Position numbers and translations under genes: made by a program | Notes under the pieces: model-generated | Seen by the model: the letters and a program-made list of their open reading frames with translations, nothing else | Database searches by the model: none | What the model was told of the DNA's origin: nothing | NCBI GenBank assembly: GCA_011109175.1 | Contig: RDEW01000013.1 | Span: 413,476 to 477,475 of the forward strand | From: Dicyema japonicum | Lineage: Eukaryota > Animalia > Dicyemida | Length of the DNA stretch: 64,000 nucleotides | Reading direction: 5' to 3' | In this document: positions 38,044-51,478 of the stretch, in pieces | How the letters are laid out: each line of letters opens with the position of its first letter | Numbering within the stretch: position 1 is the first letter of the stretch

Positions 38044-39623
38044 TCAATATATTCTAAACAATGGGTTATCTCCTGGAATTTGAGTATCTTCCGAAGTATA
38101 AGGAACCGATAAGTCATTAGACATTTGTCTAATAGAAATAGGAAAATCATAAGTCCCTCTGTAAATTAGATTAACATGAGTTAAAGTCTGTTCTGTTTCT
38201 GGGGATATCACATACATGCATCTTCTCTCTCTGTCAATATATCTAATTATCCCTAAAATACAACCACAAGGAATACCAAACCCAACACACATGGAGACTA
38301 CATCAGAATCAACAACTCCAAAACTACAATCTTTACTTCTTTTAATCTTTAATAATTACAATAATACAAACCAAACTCTCGTCAACTTTACATAGGCCAA
38401 CCCACGTACCATTTAGAGCCATCAAAAACTAATAATATTACAAAAACAAACCTGTTCAGTGGAAAATCCACAAACTCCATATATTGACACAGAAATATCA
38501 CAAAAAGAGAAACAAGTGGGGGAGGATGACAAAAGTAAATTAGAAAGAGGTAAAAACATGGAGTTTTTAAACAAATAAGAAAGAATGGACAATTCTCTCA
38601 ACTCAAAGTTGGTGAAGAATGTTTTCGACCTAATATAAAGAATAAAAATACCTCCAACCATATATATCATTAATTTCGACCAATTTATAATTATTTTTAC
38701 AGTCTCTTTTTAATGATTTTAGTAATTTTTTATTAAGGGAAGGAAAATTTTTATCAGAATTTACTTGATTCAGCTGAACTACAAAGGAAGGATCACAAAT
38801 CCTAATGATATCAGCCATCAAAAGAATGCCAAGTCCTATAATAAAGCATTACCCAACCTGTGGAATACCCCATCGTATTAACCAATATGACATAATCAGA
38901 ATCAAACAAGGAGTTCATTATATACTTCAAACAGTCAACATATCTCTTCAATGAGTCACAATTACACGTTCCAACAAAAGTTGAACTAAATTTAATAATT
39001 TAAATACATATGAGGAGTGATTTGGTTGTTAAAAGTAGCCCCAAAGTAAGGCTGGGTGACAACGGATGCTGAAATAACCCCCGGGGATTAAACTCTGATT
39101 GTCCAATGTCTCCATCCACAATTATTACTTTTTTACCGTTAGAGAGTAATCGGTTAGCACAGAAACGAACTAATGATGACTTTCCACTGTCCTTTGATCC
39201 AGCAAAAATAATAACCCCCTTGGGAATATTATTTAAAACAGTCTCATCCACATGGTCGTAATGTGAGAAAGAATCATCAAGGACAGAAAAATTATTTTGG
39301 ACAATGTTCGTAATAGAGAATTTATGGATATAAATATCATTTCTGGTGCAAGAACTGAATTTGCTGCAAATTTGAAGATGCAGATTCTTTGTGGGTCGAA
39401 ACATAACCAAAGAATAATTTTTAAGATTAGAAATTGTAGTAAGGTAATTCTCAATTTCGTCGGATTTTAAATACTTGACTATCAGCTCAGAGTTTGGGTC
39501 AGATGTCGAGTTCACCGGTATGAGACAAAGTAGTTGACGGGGAGTGATCATTGTAAGAGAGGACCAGGAACCATCAAATATAGCTCCAAAACAAGAGAGT
39601 CCTCCGAAGATACATGAAATCAT
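38044..39623 (-). CDS. NOL9: Polynucleotide 5'-hydroxyl kinase NOL9/Grc3 (Clp1 family)
   Basis: P-loop AGSKDSGKSS, VDGDIGQSEF, INTMGY, and C-terminal ILGIIRYIDRERRCMYVISP..VNLIYRG. Confidence 0.87.
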
Positions 39624-39899
39624 GGCGGATCCGTGAAAATATGTGGGATAAGAGATTAAACATAAATATGAGTTGCATTTTGTATTCCAATGTCTAAAAT
39701 TAGTAATAAATAATACGGAATTAATATTTCACAATCTGCATCGACCATTATGTAATGTGCTCACTTATTTAAATTTAGCTAATAAATTTAAAAAATTAAT
39801 TTACAAAATTATTTTATAACGGTTGACTTTAAAAATAAATATGATTAATTTTCGACCAAGATGGAGGCTGCATCTTAACCTGGTAACCCTCGAAAACGG

Positions 39900-40000
39900 A
39901 GTAATGTAGGACTACCTTGTTTTTATACTCCGCGTTTCCGTGATCGACGAAGGACAGCTTTACCAACTGTCATTGATGAAGACCTAAAAGAAATTGTAGA
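39900..40000 (+). mobile_element. 3' tip of RTE-like LINE
   Basis: RRRTALPTVIDEDLK is homologous to RPRTTLPTILNEGL. Confidence 0.4.
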
Positions 40001-40254
40001 TGTCTCACGGACAGGGAGGATCTTAATAGGCTACGGGGGATGCCAAAAAGTCTAAAAAATAAAATAAACTTATTAATTTGTTTTTCCGTGCAGCACATGT
40101 TTTGCAACAACCAATGACAACCTAAATGCCAATAATAATAATTTCGACCATTATCGATGATTCACTTGTAAACAAAAAAATGAACTAAAAAGGTTTTGGT
40201 CCCAAAATAGAAGATCGATTCACTGTAACTTGAAAAAAGAACGAAAAACATAAT

Positions 40255-41525
40255 TATTCATTTATATTAAAACCCCAAGACCACCAAGAAAGAATTAACT
40301 TGCTAAATTAAGTGATCCCAGCCTCCAACATCTCTCGAATTCTCTTCGAATGCTCCGCCACTGAACCAAAAGCGTTTCTGAAGTGTCTTCTTTTATTTCT
40401 GCAGAGGAATTCTATGGGAGTGCACTTTTGTAGTACCGATCTGAATTCCTTTCTCTCTCTGAATGGGTTTCCTAGCTCATTGCACATATGTAGGAAGCTC
40501 AGACCATTTTTCACCGTCGCCTCCTCTGAAGCAGACTGGGGACGGATGTGGAGTCTGATTGTATATGCTTCATGATCTTCCGTCTAAGACAGTTCATACG
40601 CTCCACCTCGTAGAAGGAATAGCGAATTTCCAGGCATAGTCAATCGTCGGCGCAATAACTTGGAGATATATTTTGCTGATCCAAGCAGTAGGAGGGAAGG
40701 GACTCTTCTTTACGATGGCTTTTATAAAGTTCCATTTTCGAATACCTTTGGTTAGCACCTCCTCCGTGTGACTGGCGAACGTCATCAGAGAGTCGAAAGT
40801 TATGGATTCGTGTATAAGGGATGAGAATGTTTCCAAGGAATATCTAAAGTCCACCTTTTTTCTTCTTTTCGTAGTAAATAGGATGAACTGAGACTTGGAT
40901 GCAGACACAAACAGCAAATTCATGGATAGCCAGTCACACACTTGGTTGAGGTGTGACTGAACCACCGCCACAGCCCTGGAGGGAGATTTGTCCCTTACAG
41001 TGATAATCAGGTCGTCCACATAAGATAAAAACATGGTGTCCTGATAGTAAGTAAATCGTGTAGAAATAAGTTAAATAAGAGAGGAGACAGAGGGGAGCCT
41101 TGTGGGACCCCATTAGGGAGTAGTCTTGATTTTGAAGTAATTTTTCCAATCCGGACTCTTCCACGTCGGCCATTTAAGAAATTTTCCAGCCATAGCATGA
41201 TGCTCGGATGTAAATTTGAGTTAAAGATCTTCTTGTTAGGAGAGTCCTCGAAACCGAGTCGAAGGCTTTCTGTATATCTATAGACACCAGAGCCGTCCGT
41301 AAGTGCGTCTTCATGTTGAAGCCGTCTGTGATGAACTCGGAGACAGATCCCAAGTGCGTCGTTGTAGAACGGTCTGATCTGAAGCCATGTTGAAAATAAG
41401 GAAATTGTAGAGCAGGGGTGATTAACATTAGTACAAGCTTCTTCAACACATTTGGCGCAGGTTATGGATACAGGGCGGTAAGAGGATTAAATGTCTTTTG
41501 ATTTTCCAGGCTTGAGGATTGGAAA
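40255..41525 (-). mobile_element. Decayed I-group LINE RT related to 6337-7670
   Basis: FQHGFRSDRSTT, DIQKAFDSVSR, GVPQGSPLSPLLFN, YVDD, and C-terminal EAGIT shared with 54727-54930. Confidence 0.87.
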
Positions 41526-41677
41526 AACATAATTAAGACTAATAATCACCTTTAAAGATAATCATTGCACAAAATGTGGAGTATCCTTGTCGGTTGTGAA
41601 AAAAATAAATCAGTCACATTTGTCTAATAATTTAAAAAAATAAAATAATATTTTAAAAATATATTGTTGTGTGTTAA

Positions 41678-42441
41678 ATGTCTGTATATCCATTGGAAGC
41701 TGACAGTGAGGTAATGTTATAATATATATTAGGTTTTAACTGAGTATATTCACTTATTAGGAGTTTCCAGTAGTATTATATTGGATGAAATATTTTCATT
41801 AGACCATGAAGCTTTACAATTTATTCCACAACCTATTCTAGCTTTAATTCTCACATATAATATATCCTCCACTGTTTACATCTTTTTAATATTTATAAGG
41901 AATTTTCATTTGATGGGGAATTATGCGAGGACCAATCTGTGTATTTTGTGACCCAGAAAGTACGCAATTCATGTGGAACTGTAGCCTTGATTCACGCCCT
42001 CGCTAATTCTTGCTTTGAGTCTCATCACTATGAAGGTATTCCATTAAAATAAGGTAGAATACTCTCCTTTGGCTTCATTTATTACAAGAACAAGGTCAAT
42101 GAACAAGGATGAAAGGGGAAGTGAACTCGAAAATGACTCTATTATTCAAAGGATTCACAACAAATCAGCAGTTTCCTCCAATACTGAAATTAATGAGGAT
42201 ACTAATTTCCACTTTGTTTCGTTTGTTAATGTAAATGGAAAAATTTTGCTTTTCGGTTTGATTGTTGGGTTATTGTAGATGGAAGACTAACAGGTCCTCT
42301 TTCATTACAGAGGACGACGGAGGATACTTTCCTTTTTGTAGTCTTGATTGATATATTTAGGATTGTGTCAAAATAATCAGGGATCTTGTTGAAAAGAATC
42401 CAGACTCCCCCATAAGTTTGCAAACACTCTCATTTCGTTAA
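41678..42441 (+). CDS. UCHL3: Ubiquitin C-terminal hydrolase (UCH-L3-like)
   Basis: PLEADSE, QKVRNSCGTVALIHA (Cys), NFHFVSF (His), FDGR (Asp); 23-nt introns at 42256-42278 and about 42339-42361. Confidence 0.88.
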
Positions 42442-42864
42442 TTTTTGTCCCTTTTAATTCTTTTTTGTTTGTTTTTTGTCTAAAATTTTCTTTATTTTTG
42501 TTATTTGTTTTTCAATTGTAAGTTTTTGACACAAATCTTATTTTTTTTAAAATAAGTATTGGAAATACGATTTATACTCGAATGAATTAAAAATATACTT
42601 GACATTCAAAATCCGCCCAATTCTTGCCAAATAACTTCAACCTTTGAAAAAAACAACTAAAAACTGGAGACGACATAGACAGCAACTTAGGACCTATTGG
42701 AAAAAATAATTCGTGTGTGTCACATGTGGGAACTTAGTATTATTTTTGTTTATATAACAGACATAATATGATTATTGGAGGCAAAGTAGGTTTTGGAGGG
42801 AAGAGATAAGACTACCATAAACTTATTATTCAGAATTATCTTCCTCGTGACTCCAAATTTTGTG

Positions 42865-43723
42865 TCAGACATGATTATAACCCAAAATATAGTGTATCCA
42901 GTGTTTCCATATATTGAGAAAGTTTGAATGTAAATTATCTCTTGAATCCATCATTCTGACAAAACAAGATTTTAGTATATAAAACTCTGAAAAGAAGGAG
43001 ATGGATACGGGTGATGAGTTTAAGCCAATAGTAAGACATGTGGTAACCATCTCCCTTAACTAACCTAACCCCTCATTAAGTATATAAAATAATGATACTA
43101 AAGTAAGTTTATTTTTTGTTTTATGAATTAAAGTTAATTATCATTTTTCTTTCGTCTCACCATTGTTCCAAACTTAGTTTCTGCAAAATCAAAGTGATTG
43201 CACATTAATTTGGTTCCAATGGAAGCAATTTTATCCTCGCACTGTAAATTATAGTAGAATTCGTTGTCTCTCAAAATGTCTTTTAGTGTTATATATTTTT
43301 GGTTTTCTTCATTTTCTGAATGTTGGTGGATCCAGTTAAGCACATAACGAGAACATCAAAGTCACTTTTTGAAAACAAAAGTACACGTGTCTGATTTCCA
43401 ATGTCCACATATTTTATATTTTTTGATATTGTTAATTCCATCTTGGGAGGAATATAGTGGAATAGATTGCATTCCTCCAGACAACTCAATTCGATTGCCT
43501 TTCTAATTTCTTTGTTAATTTCATAAAATTTAATAACAAAACTTTGGTCTTTAATATTGTAATTTAATTTGTCATAAAATAATCTCAACATTTGAGCCTT
43601 TAGTGACTCAAGAAAATCATTTATTCTCAGTCTTGGGAGACGTCCACAAAGATAAGATGATACAAGTTCACTGACCTGAACTGAATATCTTAGGATATCC
43701 TCTTTTGCTAAATAATAATTCAT
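42865..43723 (-). CDS. Hypothetical protein, unknown function
   Basis: 144-aa ORF plus overlapping and downstream ORFs in otherwise AT-rich DNA; no recognised motif. Confidence 0.42.
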
Positions 43724-44099
43724 AATCTGTTGTAAAGAACTGGCGACATTTAGACTGATTGGGTGGTCACATGTGTGGACGCCATTAAGAATTGATTAAA
43801 TAAAGGAGGTTTTGAATTTAATGAATTATTGCAGTTTTCAGAATTAATCATTTTGTCTACAGATGTTTGTCTAACATCACACTTTTTGAATATATAATTG
43901 CCCATTCTCTGTCCTCTGCAGTAGTTTTTATAGGTTTTAACAGATGGACGTCTGCACGATTTTTTGAATTTGATGCATTATTTTTAATGTTCTGCTGGAG
44001 TTTAAAATAATGTGGTGACGATGGTTGGAAAAAATGGTTCAAAAGTTAATTCAAAAGGATCGAAAAGTGCGACATTAAAAGTTAGCAACGATCTACAGG

Positions 44100-46340
44100 A
44101 GCTACTACTATCTTAATTCGAAGAATACTAGTTATGGTTGTCGCAAGACAAATCGGGATGGACGAATTTTAGAATTATTGTCTGATTCGTGTGGCTTTGT
44201 GATCCTTACATCGGATGACCCATATCATTTTTCTCATCATGGTGGAGACAAACTCGGCCTATTCCTAGTATTCCCAGCTCTATCTGTCTATGTGGGAAAG
44301 CCAAAATGGGATATCAGGAACGATCACATTCCACAAGAATTGGTTATTAGTATGAGGCCTGATGTTATTGGAAGATGTTTTCTTGAGGTTAAACATATCT
44401 CATTTTGATTGGGCTCACTATAGGGTCTTCATATCAAATAATTTGTGTGTTCTCCCAAGAGAGTTTTCAACCATAGAAGATATCAATTCTGCAAGTCGAG
44501 AGAAGTAACGAATCTCATGCAGTCATATCTTCACATATATGCAGGGTCTTCTCGAAAAATAATCATTTTGTTTTGCCAATTATTATGAGGCTTATTCGTG
44601 AGAGGAATCGCCTAGGGGCAAAGCTAAGGCGTTGTGTCGACAAAATAGACGGGGAATTCATATCTGCCAGAATCAGGATAATGAAGAGGCAATCATCAGT
44701 ATATGGAAGGAGGAGACTGCCGTATATGGAAGGCTGAGGCTGCAAAAACTGATATGAAGAATCCCTTTTTTGGAAATGCTATCAGAAGATAATGTGTCTG
44801 AAGTCGGGAGCAGAAAAATTATATTGAATAAATTAGACAGGGGAGTATGCATACGTGGAAACACCTTCGATATTCAAGATCAGCTCAAAAAATTCAGGGT
44901 GTGGATCCGTGGAGTTTGATCCCTGATGACAAAAAAAGGTGTCTGCCGATATATTTAAGCACTCCGACGAGGAACTGCCTATTGCTGATAGCACTGTCAG
45001 CGTCTTGAAGTGATGACGGCTATCGGGAATGCAAGGTCAATGCTCCAGGATATGACGACATATCAATGAAACTTATAAAGAGGGTCCGGATATTTCATTT
45101 GATATCTGCGATGTCTTTATGATAGGTGTTTACGATTGGCCACTCCCTTTAATATGGAAAAAGCTGTTGTGAGGATGATTCCAAAACCAGGGAAGCCAAA
45201 GAGAGATCCGGCAAGCTACAGACCGATTAGCTTAATATGTTCTTTCGCGAAAGTGATTGAACGTATTTTCAAAAGACTAAGCAGACATATAGAAGAGAAT
45301 GACTTTCTGATTCCGGAGCAGTGGGGTGTTCGTCCAGGAAGAGGCTGTGCAACTGTTCTTTCTACTGAATTCTGAAATCATGAAAGCAAGGATTCCAAGA
45401 GGCAAATAAACTTACTATGTCTTCTTAATATCGAAAGCATTCGACGTGTATGAAGCGTTGTTAAACCAGCTTTATAGCATGTGTTCCAAGATATTTGTTT
45501 GACTAAGAAATTATCTTCAGGAAAAGTGTATGGAATATATCTGATGCAATATCATTTAAAAGAGGAGTACCACAAGGTTCAGTATTGAGCACTACTTTGT
45601 TTAATATATTCATGGCGAGTTTTCCACGTCCGAGGAATATTAATACTAGTCTTCTTATTTATGCAATGACGTAATTGTGGTGGACACATCTCTAAAATCT
45701 TATATATCAGAAGGAAGAACCCGGGAGTAGGTAGACCAGATTGAGCAATGTGCAACTTGAGAGGGTTAAAGCTCTCTGCTGAAAAATCATGCGCACTCTG
45801 AATAAGCATGTGAAAAAGCACCTGAAACAAGAATACACACTGGGAGTAAACAATGCACACAGTTTACGCTACCTGGGGGTCAACTATGACACGCAGAGAT
45901 TACATGGACGACATAAAGGGGAGGAGAAAGAGAGCCTTTCAGTCGCTCCTATGTACACGGAAGTTACACGTTAGCCGTGACACTACCTTTTATCTTCAAG
46001 GGAGTTATTCTCCCTAGCCTACTTTATGGGTGCGAGGGGTGGTTCTTCTCTCCGAAGTGGGAGAAGATTTTTATCCCTCCTAAGATAAGACTAGGAGAGC
46101 TACAATTAAGGTCTCCTTAAACAAGAAACTGAAAGACTGTCTAAGCGAGGACGAAAACAAGATGTTAGAATCGATTAGCAGGATTGTGGAGGATCGGATC
46201 AATGATTTCAGGAGGAGATCAAAGATCCAGGACACGTATATAAAGCTGGGAGAAACGTCCTGAAAAAATTAAAAAATGAGGAAGGGTCCAGGTGTGGAGT
46301 CCAAGCCTTATGGTAGATGTAATACCCTCCAGAAAACTCC
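44100..46340 (+). mobile_element. Decayed Jockey-like LINE (APE end + RT)
   Basis: DLNSKNTSYGCRKTNRDG, NDHIP, MIPKPGKPKRDPASYRPISL, GVPQGSVLS, LRYLGVNYD. Confidence 0.8.
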
Positions 46341-47104
46341 TAAACTATTTTGTTAATAAATCGTTATTGTTGTTGTTATGCTGAGATTATTCTATATAAG
46401 TGGTTTCTATTTTAGAATTTGGCTTTCTTCTGGAATATTTTAATTATTTTCCTAAGATTATTACACAAACAATGATTATTATGAATTTAAAGATAAAAAT
46501 GGAGATAATGAATCGATACAAAGTCCATGTTCCGTATGCAATTACATTGAATCGTTAATAAATTACACAGGGGGTATTTATAAAGTTAGGAATGGATAGA
46601 AATATCAGCGCACAAGCAACTGTAATCAAGAGAACCCCTTTGCAATCTCAGAGGTAATAGTAGAGCTGAACAAAAATATTTGTTAGAGGGAAAACACAAA
46701 AAGATTGTCTTCAGAGAGGGATTAGCTGATGCATAATTTACTCTTTTTTGATAAGACAATAGTCTCAAAACACAACAACCAAGAGGACGAAAATGAAATT
46801 TTACAATGTTCTTGTAACTTAAGAACACAAACCTTACGAAAAAATAAAGAAACAATGTTTCTCTTACTTATTCTAAAGGATTAAGGAAAAATAGGTTATT
46901 GGGAAAAACGGTCTGAAAATTTTGTACCTGATTTTGTATTTTCTCCCTCTTGAAAATGTTTGGTTTTCCAATGTGCTAGAGGGGAAGAGCAGAAGATATT
47001 TATTAAATAATGGGAAAAAGACCCTCCACAATTAGGCCTCCTTTGATAGATGGTCTTCTTATTGTCTTTTGTTTTTGTATGTTGTTGAGGCATTTATTTG
47101 GATG

Positions 47105-47590
47105 ATTATTTTCTTCTATGCTATAAATTCATAAGCCTTATACCAACAATCTCAAGAGTTATGGAAAGACTCTCTGAAAATATAGAACATATATTAAAAG
47201 AGCATCAGTGGGGTTTCGCTATTGTGGAGAGTGTCTGTACAGTGTTAACGCGTTAATTGTGAAGGTCTTTGAAACTAAAAGATGTTTGACAGCAGTCTCC
47301 CTTGATATATCCAAAACTTTCTACGATGTTTTGCACCTTGGTATTCTTATTTGTTTTGCGAAATGTGAGGTTTAAAAATTATTTTATTTTTGTACAATAA
47401 GTTCTTTCTCGGACAGAGGGTCAATCGCTTATTTTTCAAACTACGAGTCACCTTAATAAAATTAACAAAAATTAAAAAAAAAAAAACTATGAGTCTCGTG
47501 AAATTTGGTTGAAAAGAAATGTCCATCAGGGTTCAGTGCTCAGTCCTTTATTATTCAACATTGTAGTGAGTGAATTGCCTTCCCCAGAAA
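47105..47590 (+). mobile_element. Second decayed RT fragment of the Jockey-like family
   Basis: EHQWGFR, AVSLDISKTF, GSVLSPLLFNI. Confidence 0.65.
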
Positions 47591-47594
47591 ACCC

Positions 47595-47690
47595 ACGTAG
47601 GAGGAGAGAGGAGGAACAGACGAACAAACAAAAACTTCAACCAATAAACCACGAAGCACCACATGGCGCCACGTGGCTAACATAACTCCT
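47595..47690 (-). repeat. Partial copy related to the 5' part of repeat family 2
   Basis: The rc contains attggttgaagttt..gttcgtctgttcctcctct, as at 54140-54180. Confidence 0.55.
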
Positions 47691-47790
47691 ATTTTAGTTA
47701 ATTTAATTTGTTTATTTAGTTAAAAAATAATTTAAAATTTTTATTTAAAAATTGATTTAACTCAAAAAGTTTTCCTGTGAAACGAATATA

Positions 47791-48087
47791 ATGTCTGATG
47801 ATGTAATCTATGTTGGAACAGAATACGTGACTCCGAAGACTGAAACTATTCTAGTAACTACCCCAACAATAAATCAGACTCAAACAGAACAAGTCCAGCC
47901 AGGACCATTAAAGAGTATTTATGCGAGATTTGCATCACTTGCAGAAGATCTTGACCAAGACGTTGTACTATCCTATGCTGGGAATAAGGCTGCCATGGAT
48001 AGGTTGAAGAGAAACATTGGTCACGCTCGTGCTCTCTGTAAAGAAGGTGTTGGAAAAATAGAAGTCGTCAGACGTAAATTTAATTAA
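47791..48087 (+). CDS. CDK2AP1: CDK2-associated protein 1/2 (DOC-1, NuRD subunit)-like, intronless
   Basis: SIYARFASLAEDL..SYAGNKAAMDRLKRNIGHARALCKE matches the conserved CDK2AP C-terminal helix (Y..L..IEEL..YAGSK..MERLKRGI.HAR.LV.E). Confidence 0.85.
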   Translation: MSDDVIYVGTEYVTPKTETILVTTPTINQTQTEQVQPGPLKSIYARFASLAEDLDQDVVLSYAGNKAAMDRLKRNIGHARALCKEGVGKIEVVRRKFN

Positions 48088-48414
48088 TATTACTGTTTTT
48101 TATTTTTCGGGTAAAATAATTTTAATCCATAAGTTTATAATTAAATTAGTAGTTATTATAATGATTTTTTTAATTAAAGAACACTTTTAAATGTAAAAAT
48201 TAAATTAAGGCATCTGAATGGCCATAATGATTACCGGGACTGTGACACTATTAACATGACCTTGACTTGTACATTCATTACCTATCCTTACATGTTCTTA
48301 TAGTGCTGACTAAGTGACGGAATCTTGAAATCGTTTTGGGTTATAATCAGCTCAAAACTTCAAGTGATCCTCTGTATTGTGGTGGATGCAGGTAAATTAC
48401 TTGATAATGTCAAA

Positions 48415-48902
48415 CGACAGTGGATAACTGTTGTAAATCTAGAGCTAATACATGCAAAAAGCTTATAAAAGCGCAATTATTAGCTGATCCCTGGATATCC
48501 GGTGACATATCAATTAGATGTCCGCCCCATCAATTGATGACGTTGAGGTAGTGGCTTATCGTGGTTACAACGAGTAACGGGGAATCAGGGTTCGATTCGG
48601 AGAAGGAGCATTGAGATCTATGGATAGTGTATACTAAAGTTGCTGCAGTTGAAAAGCTCGTAGTTGGATCTCGGTTTGCTTGTGTGTAAGACATGCAATA
48701 GGCCATTGCTGTAGTAAGTCTATGGCTTTATTTTGAACAAAATAGAGTGCTTAAGGCAAGCATTCTGCTTGAATATCTCAGCATGGAATAATAGAGTTAA
48801 CAGCAGCAAAGTAATGATTAACAAGACGGGGGCATTCGTATTGCAATGCTAGAGGTAAAATTCGTAGACTGGTGCAGGACGATTACAGGGAAAGCATTTG
48901 CT

Positions 48903-48936
<34 letters not shown>

Positions 48937-49707
48937 AGTATCGAAGTAGATTAGATCTCGTCGTACTTCCAACTATAAACGATGCCAACTAGTACCCTGC
49001 TAATAAATATTTTTACATTAGCGGGTTGCTTCCTGGAAACCAAAGTCTTTGGACTCCGGGGGAAGTATGGTTACAAAGCTGAAACTTAAAGGAATTGACT
49101 GAAAGGCACCACCAGGAGTGGAGCTCAATTTGACTCAACACAGAAAAACTCACCCGGGCCAAACATAGTAAGGATTGATAGACTGATAGCTTTTTCTTGA
49201 TACTGGGTAGTGGTGCATGGCCGTTGTTGGTTGGTGGAGTGATTTGTCTGGTTAATTCCTATAACGAACAAGACTCAAAGCTACTTACTAGTTGTTCGAT
49301 TCTAGTCGTTCAACTTCTTAGAAGAATCAGTGTTTAAAAGACTTGAAAATAAGCAATAACAGGTCTGTAATTGCACTTAGACGTTCCGGGCTGCATGCGC
49401 GCTACAATGAAGAAAGCAGTGGGTGTCTTGCTTGGCAAAGAAACCTTAAAATTTCTTCGTGACAGGAATCGAGGCTTGTAATTTTCCTCGTGCACAAGGA
49501 ATTCCTAGTAATCGAAGGTCATTAGCCTGCAATTATTACGTCCCTGCATTTTGTACACATCGTTCGTCGCTACTACCGATGAATGATTTGGTGAGGTTGT
49601 TGGATCGTGTTCTTTAAAGGGTGCGAGTAGACACCCGAGCCTACTCATTTAAAGGAAGTAAAAGTCGTGACAATGTTTCTGTAGGTGAACCTGCAGAAGG
49701 ATCATTA
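48415..49707 (+). rRNA. 18S rRNA, probable pseudogene (internal deletion; 5' end not recognisable)
   Basis: GGATAACTG..AGAGCTAATACATGC, AAGCTCGTAGTTGG, GAAACTTAAAGGAATTGAC, GTAGGTGAACCTGCAGAAGGATCATTA. Confidence 0.93.
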
Positions 49708-50048
49708 CTGAGACGATAAAACGATTATGTTTTGGTTTGTTGGTAAGCTAGAAACAGATCAGTGTATTTAGTGCCTGTACGTAAATGGGTACTTTTGGGT
49801 GTCGTTGTTGTTCACTGGGTTTAAAGTAACCTGTGTGGGTGTCATTTGGATGTATACCATAATTTGTTGCTTGGGTACGAGATGGGATGGGAGTAGTGTT
49901 AGACGCTCTCTGAACTAGCTATAAAGCAAATAACGTGCGTGTAGCCTGCAGCACGTATTAGTGTGCGTTTTTGCATCCAAGCATATATTTGTACCTGTGT
50001 TGCCCCTTTAACCATGGGGACTATGAATATGACTGTGTAACCATTAAA
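49708..50048 (+). other. ITS1
   Basis: Lies between the 18S 3' end and 5.8S. Confidence 0.8.
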
Positions 50049-50197
50049 TTACCCTAAACGGTGGATCACTTGACTCGTGCATCGATGAAGGGCGTAGCAA
50101 ATTGCGATAAGTAATGTGATTTGCGATACCTATGATCATTGAAATCCTGAATGCAACTTGCGGTTCATGTAAAGTGGACCGTGTCTGACTGAGCGCG
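50049..50197 (+). rRNA. 5.8S rRNA
   Basis: CGGTGGATCACTTGACTCGTGCATCGATGAAG..CTGACTGAGCG. Confidence 0.92.
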
Positions 50198-50345
50198 CAA
50201 CTACAGTGGCATACATGTGGAGTTGTAGCCGAGCTGTGCATTTGACTGTGATAGATGGTCATTGCATTAAAGAGAGCGCTTTCGTTAGAATGTCTTGCTA
50301 TTTGAGTGTTGCTGGGCATTAGAATGGAAGCATGTGATGGTAACT
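50198..50345 (+). other. ITS2
   Basis: Lies between 5.8S and the 28S start. Confidence 0.78.
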
Positions 50346-51478
50346 AGCCTCAGTCAGGCATGATTACCCGCTGAACTTAAGCATATCATTAAGCGGAGGA
50401 AAAGAAACCAACAGGGATTCCCGTAGTAATGGCGAATGAATTGGGAATAGTCCATCGCTGAATCGTGTTTTCACGAAATGTGGCGTTTGCGATACTATTG
50501 AGTGGGTATGCTGGGTGGCAAGTACTGTCGAACAGGTCTCCCATAGAAGGTGAAAGGCCTGTAGTAGCCTGGTATATTCATTTGCGAGTGTCGTTAGAGT
50601 CAGCTTGCTTGTGAGTGCAAGCCAAAGTGGGTGGAAAGCTTCACCTAAGACTAAATAAATGCACGAGTTCGATAGCGGACAAGTACCGTGAGGGAAAGTT
50701 GAAAAGAACTTTGAGAAAAGGGTTAAAAGTGCGTGAAACCGTTTAGTAGGAAGCGGATAGAGTCCTGATGTTGTTCGATACTATAGTTCGATTAACAGCT
50801 GTAATGAGTGTTTGAGTTGGTTATTTTGCTTGTGTGTTTGATGGGTAGTAACGTTAGTTGCTTTCTATTTAATAACTGCATTTTATAACCAACTTGTAAG
50901 CACTGAGGATTGGCATTTGCTTGATTTACATGCAAGGGTGTTCTATCCGACCCGTCTTGAAACACGGACCAAGGAGATTACCGTACTAGCAAGTCTAATG
51001 GAGTTATTCCATGCGGCGCAATGAAAGTGATTAGATGTGACGATATATTCGGCAACATACACCCCTTTTTGATTCTACGGTTGTAGAGGGAGTGATAGCT
51101 AGTGCGTTAAAACCCGAAAGATGGCGAACTATACCTGGTTAAGATGAAGCCAGTGGAAACACTGGTGGAGGTCTATCGCGGTTCTGAAAATCGATTGTCG
51201 AAGCTGGGTATAGGGGCGAAATACTAATCGAGCCATCTAGTAGCTGGTTCTCTCCGAAATTTCTCTCAGGATAGCTGGCGCTCGAGACTAGTTTCATATG
51301 TTAAAGCGAATGATTAGAGGATTTGTGCTTATACGGGTGTAAACTATTCTCAAACTTTAAACGTGTGAGAAGTGTGACTAACTTGAGTGTAGTCATACGT
51401 AAAATAAGGGTGCCAAGTGGGCCAATTATGGTAATCATGACTGGCGCTGTGGGATGAACCAAAGGCCTGGTTAAGGTG
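50346..51478 (+). rRNA. 28S rRNA, 5' about 1.1 kb only (truncated)
   Basis: ACCCGCTGAACTTAAGCATATC, GACAAGTACCGTGAGGGAAAG, GACCCGTCTTGAAACACGGACCAAGGAG. Homology stops after CTGGCGCTGTGGGATGAACC..TTAAGGTG. Confidence 0.93.

Noticed and set aside
46400-47100. Possible gene between LINE fragments
   Set aside because: Only short ORFs without recognisable features.
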